Sequence record: PV261925.1
DNA length: 64,000 nucleotides
Reading direction: 5' to 3' (one strand)
A program made the translations under genes and the position numbers. Shown here piece after piece: positions 51,538-60,425 of this stretch (position 1 is its first letter; every line of letters starts with the position of its first letter). A model generated the notes under the pieces. It was not told the DNA's origin, did not search any database, and saw only the letters and a program-made list of their open reading frames with translations.

Positions 51538-53967
51538 TCAAACAGTCCCTACAACTTCCTGGAAGTCAACACCAGTTCTGGTGGCAACGAATGTCAGGGT
51601 GATGTAGTTGATAGACTTGGTTGGCTTCAGGAAGATGTCAGCTCTGAACTCATTGTTGTCAATGATGTCAGGTGTATTGTTTGTTTCGTCACAAACTACG
51701 AGGAAGTCATACAGACCTCTCTTTGCCTGAACATCTCTGAGGTATGGTTCAACAATGTTCACGAAATTAGCTCTCGTGTTGTCATCATTGAGTTCAAAGA
51801 GTTGTGAGTTAGCAGCACCCTCAAGTGCTTGTTCTACTGTAAGGAACAATCTTCTTACGTTGATTCTGTCGAACGCAGATGAGTAAGCCAGAGCTGTCTT
51901 ATCACCAAAGAGAACAATACCAGAACCCCTCTGAGAAATGATGGAGTTGATTCTTGCTCCGTAGAGCTCATCTCTTTGATTCTTCGATGGGTTATATGCC
52001 ATCTTGACTGCGTTATTCAGGTTTCCTCTCTGGAGACCAGCAGGTGAGAACCATGGATAAGCTTCAATAGAAGTTCTGACACAAAGACCAGCAACGTCAC
52101 CGTTAGTTGGGATGTAACGGAATTGGTTGTTGAATCTGTCGAAGGTGTACTTATAACCTGTGTCGAAGATCGCGTAAGACGAAGATGACAATGGGCTATA
52201 GAACTGAAGTACGTTCTGTGTTTGAGTAGCAGAGCTGGTTACATTAACAACGTTATCTCTGTGTGGGGAGATAGTTGCAATACAATCCTTTCTACCTTCT
52301 GCAAGAGAAATCAGATAGTTAGCTTTTGCTTGTGACTGACTTTCGACTGCAAGACCTGGACCCATGAGGAGGTAGTCAACGGCAATCTCATCCTTATCAG
52401 CAAACAGTTGGTAACCATTTACCAAGTCAGAAAGGTCAGCACTCATACCCTTGTTAGCACTGTAGTCAACACCACCCAAGAGTGTGTAACTTACATTACC
52501 GATAGAGGAGAACTTAGTAGCTAAAGCTTCCTGACCCCAGAGACCTTCGGATACGGTATATGGAGTGAAGTTAGTAGAGAACCCAGATGCAGTTGGAAGT
52601 GTATTCCAATAAGTATCTTCAGCTTGTGATGGGTTATAACCAGCAAAGATGAAGTTGGAGTTCAGTGCGATGTAATCCTTATAGTAGGTCTTAGTTGGAT
52701 TGTCGCCATCCGCGACTGCGTCTTGTGCTTTAGACAGAGATGTGAAGGTCTCAAGGATGTTACCCTGAACACCAGTTACGTCTCCAGTGTCATCAACAAC
52801 AACGACGTGAATACCATCATTCTTACCACCTCTAGAGGTGACATACTGGTTATCAACAGGTCTCTCTGCAACGTTTCTCCAGTAAACTGTTGAGTTGGTA
52901 AGACCCAGTGTCTGTTCACCGTACCAATCCTTAACTGCGCCAGCGGTAACTGTACCACTTGCCGTTCCCGAATTGTTGGTAACATTAAGAATGTCAGCTT
53001 CAACGAATGATGCTGCTTGGTTGTACTGTTGATAAGTAACAGGAGTAACTGTACCAGCGGTAGAAACCAGGTTCTGGAAGGTAACTGCTGTACCTACAGT
53101 TGGGAGTGAAGCTGCAATACCAGCAGACAATGTGACTGAAGTGTCAGCAACGAAACCAGTAATTTCGATTGAACCACTACCAGGAGCCAAGAAATAATTG
53201 CCAGTTGTAATACCTGATGTGCTGTTTACACTAACGATTGTAGTACCAGCAGCTCCAGTTGCAGAAGTAGTTGTAACACCGATAGTCAGATAATCTTCGG
53301 AGGTTGGGAATACTCTCTCAAGAACTCTAACTTCGATTGTGCTGTTACCGTTCTGTGCGTCAGTGTTAACACCTGTGATGATACCCTTGAGGTGACCAGA
53401 GAAAGAATTAACTGCACCAGCTTCAGGGATTGATATGCTGTTTCTAGCAGCAGATACACCGTAACCAACAACCAGGTTTGATGCACCAGGGTTAGTAGTA
53501 GCAACACTGACGATTTGGTCAGACTTGTTATCGATGGTACAAACCTTCAGGCTGTTTGCCCATGTACCAGGGTTTCTTGATGCCCAGTAGTAGCTTGTGT
53601 CGCTTCTATGGTTGAGTTCGTAGTCATCAACATTTTCGATAAGAAGACCAGTTGTTGATGCTGCACCAACACCTGCATTACCGTTGTTCAGACTTGTGCC
53701 AGATACTCTGACAACTTTGAGGATTCCACCATAAGAGAGGAATGAATTACCTGTCATCCAGTACTCATACTGTCTGTCAGTGCCAATTGGCTGACCAAAA
53801 GTATCCAGGAATTGTTGTTGTGTCTCAATAGTAATTGGCTCATTGACAGGTCCGATTGGGAATGGACCAGCAATTGCACCAATGTTGTCAAGAACGTTCT
53901 CAGCTCTTCCAACAGTTAAGTCAACTTCCCTGACTAATACTCCTGGAGATAATTGAGGAGTAGCCAT
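51538..53967 (-). CDS. gp18: tail sheath protein (T4 gp18-like)
   Basis: SPGVLVRE, PWFSPAG, FDRINVRRLF, KPTKSINYI. Confidence 0.96.
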   Translation of the reverse strand: MATPQLSPGVLVREVDLTVGRAENVLDNIGAIAGPFPIGPVNEPITIETQQQFLDTFGQPIGTDRQYEYWMTGNSFLSYGGILKVVRVSGTSLNNGNAGVGAASTTGLLIENVDDYELNHRSDTSYYWASRNPGTWANSLKVCTIDNKSDQIVSVATTNPGASNLVVGYGVSAARNSISIPEAGAVNSFSGHLKGIITGVNTDAQNGNSTIEVRVLERVFPTSEDYLTIGVTTTSATGAAGTTIVSVNSTSGITTGNYFLAPGSGSIEITGFVADTSVTLSAGIAASLPTVGTAVTFQNLVSTAGTVTPVTYQQYNQAASFVEADILNVTNNSGTASGTVTAGAVKDWYGEQTLGLTNSTVYWRNVAERPVDNQYVTSRGGKNDGIHVVVVDDTGDVTGVQGNILETFTSLSKAQDAVADGDNPTKTYYKDYIALNSNFIFAGYNPSQAEDTYWNTLPTASGFSTNFTPYTVSEGLWGQEALATKFSSIGNVSYTLLGGVDYSANKGMSADLSDLVNGYQLFADKDEIAVDYLLMGPGLAVESQSQAKANYLISLAEGRKDCIATISPHRDNVVNVTSSATQTQNVLQFYSPLSSSSYAIFDTGYKYTFDRFNNQFRYIPTNGDVAGLCVRTSIEAYPWFSPAGLQRGNLNNAVKMAYNPSKNQRDELYGARINSIISQRGSGIVLFGDKTALAYSSAFDRINVRRLFLTVEQALEGAANSQLFELNDDNTRANFVNIVEPYLRDVQAKRGLYDFLVVCDETNNTPDIIDNNEFRADIFLKPTKSINYITLTFVATRTGVDFQEVVGTV

Positions 53968-54048
53968 GTTTTCTCTCTCCTATGGGTCTCAGTTTAACTA
54001 CTAATATTTAGAAATTTGACTGTTTTGAGAGGGTAAACATGACGTAAA

Positions 54049-54279
54049 CTACCAATCTGGATATTCCCACCGAGACTTTGGGCACTTATCCTTCTTTCTT
54101 TCCTTAACACCCTCAATAAAACACTCCTTACAAATGTAGGAATATGATGAGGGAACTGCTCCTCTATCCTTCCTTGTTCTATAAAAACCATCCACAAGGT
54201 TCTTGACTTCGCCACAACTCTTACACTTTCTATCAGTCAGAAAGAGATGGTTGAGTTCTAATTGTTCGTCAAGGTTCAT
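54049..54279 (-). CDS. small Zn-finger hypothetical protein
   Basis: CKSC...CKEC. Confidence 0.72.
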   Translation of the reverse strand: MNLDEQLELNHLFLTDRKCKSCGEVKNLVDGFYRTRKDRGAVPSSYSYICKECFIEGVKERKKDKCPKSRWEYPDW

Positions 54280-55946
54280 TAGTAATTAGTCCAAAGTGTC
54301 CATCCACCAGCATTGGTACCATACTCATCATATGGACTTGCTGTAGACCACCTATCGCCATCTGTGTCAACAAAAGACCCTTCATCGAGACCATCATTCA
54401 TAAAACCAAATGGTGCCATGTCTTGTTCAATTTGGTTCTTCTGTTCCTCATATAATCTCTTTCTAACGTCCTGGTCAGTCAACTCTTTGAAGTAGTCCTG
54501 AGCAACCAACCATGCATAGATGACAAGACACATTGCAAGGTCATCATTACAACCTTCTTCTGCCTCGAATGAGTTTCCTTTAGAGATAAAGGTTGTCAGT
54601 TCTGAGATAATCTCATAGTCATTGAATATGAGTTTATTCTCCTCAATCATTGTCTTGAGGTTAAGTGCACCAACCTTCTTGACAGTCTTTGACATCTTGA
54701 CACCAAGTTGGGTTTTTGTTCCAGAGAAACCCTGACCAACAACCTGACCTGCTCTACCTCTCATTGCACACATAAGTAGGTTCTGATATTCTAAGTCATA
54801 TTGAAGAATAGCAGCAATCTGGTCTCCAATATCATTGACCTCACATAGAATGAATGCATTGTTATATGACTTTGCAATCTCCCAAATAATGTTGGGAAAC
54901 AACATCGGTTTGATGGTATTATTACGATACTTTGCTACTATCTTATGGGGAAAAGTTGTGATATCAGCGACGATAAATGCAGAGTAGTCTTCTCCAACAC
55001 CTCTAGCGACATCAACAGTAACCACATAGTCATGGTCTGATTTTGGTTCTTCATGGACATCTAATCCAGCACTCTGTTTGATTGGGTTATCGTATACAAG
55101 AGTTTTCAGTTTACTGGGTGCAATCAGTGTATCGACAGAACCAAGGAACTCACACTCAAACTCAATTTTGAATTGTTGTTCAGACGTGTTCTTAATAGTC
55201 TGTTCTTTCCAGACTTCGTCCCTTCCAGGGACTTCAGACCAATGAACGTCTGTTGGTATATATTCATTCTTACCTTTTTCGGCATCATGCCACATACGGT
55301 AGAAATGATTCATACCGTGTGGGGTAGAGACGATAATTACTTTCGTTGATTTACCAGAAGTAATAGTAGGATAAACAGAGGCAAAGAAGGCATCTGCAAT
55401 ATGGTTTGGAACGAACGCAAATTCGTCGAGGAAGAGAATGTTAAACGACATGCCTCGGACAGCACTTGCAGACGTAGAAGCAGCCAGTATCTTTGAGCCA
55501 TTTTCTAATTCAATGTTACCTTTGTTCCATACAAGAATACCTTGTTGCATCCATTTAGGAAGGTTCTCATATGCTGTTGCTAGTCTACCTAACAATTCAC
55601 GAGCTGTCGTGGCTTTGTTTGCTAGGATACCAATATTAACACTATCGTTGAAAATAGCATAATGTAAAAGATAAGATACACAAGTAGTGGACTTACCTGT
55701 CTGTCGTGGCATTTTACAGATGTTAAATCTGTTGTTGTGGAAGTTGTTGATAAGTTTTTCTTGGAATTCATAAGTCTTAAATGGTTGAAGACCATGGTCC
55801 AAGGTCACAATCTGTACATAGTTTTGTGCAAAGTAAACTGGGTCTTCCTTACACTTAATGTATTCCTCAATCTGTTCTTTAGTAAACTCAATTGGGGTAT
55901 TCGCCTTCTTGAGAAGAGGATTACCCAAATATACATCATTACTCAT
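54279..55946 (-). CDS. gp17: terminase large subunit (T4 gp17-like)
   Basis: PRQTGKST, LDEFAF, STP.G, VDVARG, DDLAM. Confidence 0.97.
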   Translation of the reverse strand: MSNDVYLGNPLLKKANTPIEFTKEQIEEYIKCKEDPVYFAQNYVQIVTLDHGLQPFKTYEFQEKLINNFHNNRFNICKMPRQTGKSTTCVSYLLHYAIFNDSVNIGILANKATTARELLGRLATAYENLPKWMQQGILVWNKGNIELENGSKILAASTSASAVRGMSFNILFLDEFAFVPNHIADAFFASVYPTITSGKSTKVIIVSTPHGMNHFYRMWHDAEKGKNEYIPTDVHWSEVPGRDEVWKEQTIKNTSEQQFKIEFECEFLGSVDTLIAPSKLKTLVYDNPIKQSAGLDVHEEPKSDHDYVVTVDVARGVGEDYSAFIVADITTFPHKIVAKYRNNTIKPMLFPNIIWEIAKSYNNAFILCEVNDIGDQIAAILQYDLEYQNLLMCAMRGRAGQVVGQGFSGTKTQLGVKMSKTVKKVGALNLKTMIEENKLIFNDYEIISELTTFISKGNSFEAEEGCNDDLAMCLVIYAWLVAQDYFKELTDQDVRKRLYEEQKNQIEQDMAPFGFMNDGLDEGSFVDTDGDRWSTASPYDEYGTNAGGWTLWTNY

Positions 55947-55952
55947 AAAAAA

Positions 55953-57512
55953 TCAATCCTCAATAAAAGTAACAGCACATTCTGCCCTTTGTAGGTTAGA
56001 ATCAGAAGAAATTGCCATTGTAAGTGTTCTTTGTGGTGGTAAAACAATTCTTAGTGACTCAAGATCAATTGTTTCTGGAGCACCGTTTGTGACACAAAAT
56101 ACTGCTATTGGTTCTCCACCAATAATTTGAGCATCAGATCTTGAATATGATGATGCATTTCCAAGAGGTTCATAATCAAGAGGATTGTCAGTTGGAGCAT
56201 CAAGATATAAGTATAGAAAACAAGGTGCTGTTGATGATGCTGTTGTTAGAGCACTTACTTTTTTGATTAAGAGTTCTCTCTGATTAATTTTATTATTGTC
56301 AATCAAACCACTCTTTAAACTTAAAAGATGGTATTTTATGTTAGTGGTATTCATTCCACCAGTCTTTGATCTAAAGGCAGCGATTGGATTAGTTGTTGTA
56401 TTCACAAGACCTTCAATCGCACCCATCATAGATGCGCCAGATACTGTTACACCAGTACCAGTATTGCCATCTAATTCAGCAGCTACATAACCAATTTTGA
56501 GTGATGGATTATCTAAGTGGACATTATTATTTTGGTTAGTATAATGAATATGATGGACAGGCATAATATCGCCAGTTTGTTGATTCTCAACAGCTAGTCT
56601 TATTTCACCAACACCCAACCAACGATAATTAATTTGATATACATTTAACTTTGTTGGATCTATTTTCATATTAGATGGATTTGTACTTCCACCAACACCA
56701 GTTAAAGTATCGTGATTCCAATCTTCTTGGTATGTCCATTCATTTGTTTGATTTACTCCTACCTGAGAGGTTGATCCTGTTGCTACAAGATCACCATCAC
56801 TTACGATTGAAAATGTTCCTGATAATGGACCAACAGTTGTAGATAAGAAATCTAGATATCCATTTTTACGATCAACTATCCATCCATTATATGTGTGTGT
56901 TCCAATACCAGTTGCATTTTGAGTTGATGTTCCTGCACCAATACTAACAGTGGTTGCAATTCCAGCAAGTGTTACTGTAATATTTTCTGTACCACTCGCT
57001 GGTGTTGTGATGAGAAATCTGTGAATATGTGCCTTACCACCATTCGCTCTTAAAAAACCAAACTTTCCTTCAGTGCTGTATCCGACCTGAAGTGCTTGTT
57101 CTTGAGAGAAGAAACCTGCTCTTTGTGTATACCCTGTTGCAATACCAGAAAACTGTGCTGTAAATCTTCCAAGAGCACCTTGTCCTGGACGATATCTTAC
57201 TGCTCTTTTAGAACGAATAACACCATACCCATAAGCACCAGTTCCACTTTCAACTTGCATGAGAGTTGAAGAAGTGGTTATACCAGTCCCATTTGTAAAT
57301 AATTCAAACCTATCTGAGTTTAAACCATATATGGCATCAAGTTGAAATATTGGATAAATTTGAGAGACAATTTGTTCTCCAAATGCACCACTTCCACTTG
57401 CAGTTCCACCACAGTTATCAATGTTGCCGTATCTGTCGGCACACATGTATACTTCAAATAAACTTCTTTCTTGGTTTAGATAATCTTGATTAATCTTATT
57501 CCACTGAGCCAT
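55953..57512 (-). CDS. virion structural protein, function unknown
   Basis: 519 aa, beta-rich; RY.PGQG and I.Y.WLGVG motifs. Confidence 0.72.
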   Translation of the reverse strand: MAQWNKINQDYLNQERSLFEVYMCADRYGNIDNCGGTASGSGAFGEQIVSQIYPIFQLDAIYGLNSDRFELFTNGTGITTSSTLMQVESGTGAYGYGVIRSKRAVRYRPGQGALGRFTAQFSGIATGYTQRAGFFSQEQALQVGYSTEGKFGFLRANGGKAHIHRFLITTPASGTENITVTLAGIATTVSIGAGTSTQNATGIGTHTYNGWIVDRKNGYLDFLSTTVGPLSGTFSIVSDGDLVATGSTSQVGVNQTNEWTYQEDWNHDTLTGVGGSTNPSNMKIDPTKLNVYQINYRWLGVGEIRLAVENQQTGDIMPVHHIHYTNQNNNVHLDNPSLKIGYVAAELDGNTGTGVTVSGASMMGAIEGLVNTTTNPIAAFRSKTGGMNTTNIKYHLLSLKSGLIDNNKINQRELLIKKVSALTTASSTAPCFLYLYLDAPTDNPLDYEPLGNASSYSRSDAQIIGGEPIAVFCVTNGAPETIDLESLRIVLPPQRTLTMAISSDSNLQRAECAVTFIED

Positions 57513-57515
57513 AAT

Positions 57516-57833
57516 TTATACCCAATCTAATTTTGCTGGATGATACCTTTTATCGTCTTTAATCTTTATTGATTTATCAGAGTTTTCTCTCACATAAATC
57601 TGTTGAACAATTGCACCAGGATACTCATCTTGAAGAAACTCTGCAAGTTGATTTCTTGATGGAATACCATTTTCAGTAACCATAGAAATTCTATGAATAC
57701 TACCTTGATACATTACATCTGCAGAAAACTCTTCACCTACACTTTGAGTGTTTGAATCGGAACCATTTACGATAAGTGTGTCAACATGTTGAATATTGAC
57801 ACTTTCTTGAAGAAAATCTTGAAAACTTTTCAT
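57516..57833 (-). CDS. hypothetical protein with capsid-targeting-like leader
   Basis: N-terminus MKSFQDFLQES. Confidence 0.72.
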   Translation of the reverse strand: MKSFQDFLQESVNIQHVDTLIVNGSDSNTQSVGEEFSADVMYQGSIHRISMVTENGIPSRNQLAEFLQDEYPGAIVQQIYVRENSDKSIKIKDDKRYHPAKLDWV

Positions 57834-57834
57834 A

Positions 57835-59127
57835 TCAACAGTTCCATGCTCTAAGGGACTTATTGATTCTGCTATCGGGATCGTTAGCAGTTTTGGAAGA
57901 AGTCAATTTCTTCTTCATACCTTTCATTCTTGCACAGAAAGATGCTCTTCTCTTATTACCAACTTTCTTTGATGGTGCTTTTAAATCAGAGCCAGGGTTA
58001 TCTCTCTCGTAGGACTTACGACCCTTCTCATTTAATCCTCCCTCTTTGTTTTGTCCCTCTTTACGAGTCCAGGCTGCTCCTTCCGAGACTTCCATAGAAC
58101 CATCATCATTAGTGCTTACTTCTTTAGCATTCTCATCCCAGTAGGAACCACCATATGCACAGTCAGATCTAGTTTCCAACTTCTTACACTTTGGACAATA
58201 CTTTAACTCACTCCCTTCTTTTACACCAACATTCAGAACTGCATCTGTAGGTTGGAATGTTGTAAGGTCAAATCTTTGAACCATACAACCTGGATAGACT
58301 TTTGCAAGTGCATCCTGAACTTCATTTCTTGATGGTTTCTTCACTTCAGGGAAGAAGAGCTTCATCATCATATACTTACCTCTCCAGGTAAATGCTACAG
58401 CATAAACATTGCCAGTCTGTGCTGGAACTCTGGTTGACTCCTCAATGGCATCTTTGAGTGGAAGTTCACCTTTGAGTTTTGCAATAACTTGTTCTCTCAC
58501 ACTTCCCTTTGGTACACAGTTAGGGACCATACGGTTACCCTTTTTCTTCATACCTCTTTGTTCGTGGGTTTTCCAACAAGCTTCATCAACAACTTCTACT
58601 TCAATACCATTCTTTCTCATGGCATCGATTTGGAGTTCTGTGAACTCAGGGAGTGCCAAGAACTCTTCTTTCTTGGTTGAACTACCCCAGTTTTTAGCAC
58701 CCTTCTTGCGACACTTTACCAATGCCCCAGAAGCATATGCAGAAGGCCATACGGAATAACGTGACTTGACCTTATGGTAACAAGCATCTTTCTTGCCCGA
58801 ACCCTTACCCTTCTTATCCTCTTCGTTAAAGGTTTCTTCTTTCATTTTCTTCTTAGGTTTGTCGGTTGAAACGTAAGTTGGTTTTGCAGCACCACTCTTT
58901 TGTTGTTGATTGGGGTCTGCAGCCTTCTTTCTTCTTTGAGCAGATTTTCTTTCTGCAGGAGTCATACTCGCTCTTTTAGATGAAGAAACACACTTTGGTG
59001 TACCCTCACCAGGTTCATCACTTGCACAGGTACCACCTGTCACAACATTAACCCAACCACTTTTACCATCTTTAGATTTGGATCCTTTGAACCACTTGTG
59101 GAGATTACCTTCCTGCATTTTGATCAA
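57835..59127 (-). CDS. mosaic basic protein made of short Cys-containing modules
   Basis: Modules such as KKDACYHKVKSRYSVWPSAYASG and GGLNEKGRKSY...RRASFCARM; ATAAATA at 59138-59144. Confidence 0.75.
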   Translation of the reverse strand: MIKMQEGNLHKWFKGSKSKDGKSGWVNVVTGGTCASDEPGEGTPKCVSSSKRASMTPAERKSAQRRKKAADPNQQQKSGAAKPTYVSTDKPKKKMKEETFNEEDKKGKGSGKKDACYHKVKSRYSVWPSAYASGALVKCRKKGAKNWGSSTKKEEFLALPEFTELQIDAMRKNGIEVEVVDEACWKTHEQRGMKKKGNRMVPNCVPKGSVREQVIAKLKGELPLKDAIEESTRVPAQTGNVYAVAFTWRGKYMMMKLFFPEVKKPSRNEVQDALAKVYPGCMVQRFDLTTFQPTDAVLNVGVKEGSELKYCPKCKKLETRSDCAYGGSYWDENAKEVSTNDDGSMEVSEGAAWTRKEGQNKEGGLNEKGRKSYERDNPGSDLKAPSKKVGNKRRASFCARMKGMKKKLTSSKTANDPDSRINKSLRAWNC

Positions 59128-59143
59128 AGATTTTAATTATTTA

Positions 59144-60091
59144 TCAGATACCGATTGATGTATAGGTATTCAGTTCGAATGCTAATGATTTCCATTCAGA
59201 ACCAAGATACATCTGTACTTTGTTCTCGGTCGTATTAAAAATCAATGCACCTTGAGTTACAGTTAATGCATCTCTCTCGGACGTTGTTAGTGTTGGTGGA
59301 TAGAACTGTGAAGATGCAGTAATGATTCCTGAGACAGTGGTGTTTGATGACACATTTTCAGTACCACCTGCACCAGCAGAAATACCAGTTAAATTAGAAC
59401 CATCACCATAATATGTGTCTGCATATACATTTGCAAACCTAGTACTATTTGTTCCTATATCTACAGTACTATCAGAATTTGCTAAGATATTTCCAGTAAA
59501 TGTTGAGCTTCCATTTACTGTAAGACTTGTACCATTTAAGAGTTGAAGACTATCACTTCTGAATCTTGCAGAAATATTTTGTGACCCACCTTTAATGTGA
59601 GCAAATTCAATGATACCATCTTCGGTTCCATTACTGGCATCTAAGATCTTACCAGTAATCTTAGCGTAATTTCTTTCTACACCAGTATCACTTTCACCAG
59701 CAAACTTAATCTGTCCCAGATAATCTCCATCATCTGGGGAAGCACTATTCCTATAAAGTTTGAATTCTGGTGCAGCGGAGCTTCCTGTGTCTGTAGAGAC
59801 AATAGTAACGTTGGATGTTATGTTACCATTAAAATTTACGTTGTTATTAAACGTTGTGATGCCAGATATGTTTATTCTTCCATCATAACTGATACCAGTT
59901 GCACCATAATTTTCAACCCATGGGTTGACGACAGATACTGTGGTTCCAATACCAATACCACCAGTATCGACTTTTAAAAATAATTTACCATCATAAGTAT
60001 TAAGTGCTAATTCACCCGTCTCCAGATTCGAGAGTGCAGGAATCTTTCCCGCTACAGATGAGCGCTTAAACTTTACCTTTGGAGCCGCCAT
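59144..60091 (-). CDS. tail-fibre-like protein
   Basis: Mtd_N-like N-terminus (FKRS...GELALNT.DGKL), SPDDGDYLG.I.F, C-terminal GALIFNTT...QMY.G.EW. Confidence 0.72.
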   Translation of the reverse strand: MAAPKVKFKRSSVAGKIPALSNLETGELALNTYDGKLFLKVDTGGIGIGTTVSVVNPWVENYGATGISYDGRINISGITTFNNNVNFNGNITSNVTIVSTDTGSSAAPEFKLYRNSASPDDGDYLGQIKFAGESDTGVERNYAKITGKILDASNGTEDGIIEFAHIKGGSQNISARFRSDSLQLLNGTSLTVNGSSTFTGNILANSDSTVDIGTNSTRFANVYADTYYGDGSNLTGISAGAGGTENVSSNTTVSGIITASSQFYPPTLTTSERDALTVTQGALIFNTTENKVQMYLGSEWKSLAFELNTYTSIGI

Positions 60092-60140
60092 TATAACACC
60101 TGGTATATACCGTAAAACACTTATATAAGTGTATTAATAT

Positions 60141-60377
60141 TTATTCGAACGTTCCACCGTCACCCGCGGTCTTCTTTGTTCTAGTTGTCTTGGGTTTTTG
60201 GTCCACAGACTTTAAAGATTCTATCTGTGCTTCTTGTTCCCTCACCTTTGTTGTCAACGCTTCAACCAAATCAGTCAACTGTCTAATTTTTGCATTAGTT
60301 GCAATTGATTGAGTGAACAAATCATTAGAAGTAGTTTGATATGATGAGATCAAATACTTTATATCATTTTCATTCAT
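60141..60377 (-). CDS. coiled-coil protein, possible fibre assembly chaperone
   Basis: Heptad repeat; ends DGGTF like neighbouring fibre genes. Confidence 0.7.
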   Translation of the reverse strand: MNENDIKYLISSYQTTSNDLFTQSIATNAKIRQLTDLVEALTTKVREQEAQIESLKSVDQKPKTTRTKKTAGDGGTFE

Positions 60378-60379
60378 AG

Positions 60380-60404
60380 AAAAAGAGGGTATTGCTACCC
60401 TCTT
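60380..60404 (-). terminator. intrinsic terminator after the fibre gene
   Basis: AAGAGGGTA-GCAA-TACCCTCTT followed by TTT (GNRA loop). Confidence 0.8.
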
Positions 60405-60425
60405 ATTTATTTTGTTATCTTAGGT

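Noticed and set aside
3921-55946. Introns or inteins in nrdA, nrdB, gp41, gp43 and gp17
   Set aside because: All are continuous ORFs of ordinary length, with no intein splicing motifs.
60092-60140. Short palindromes (GGTATATACC, ACACTT-ATAT-AAGTGT) upstream of the fibre gene
   Set aside because: They are AT-rich and short, and no second clear copy was found in the window; not enough to call a regulatory site.
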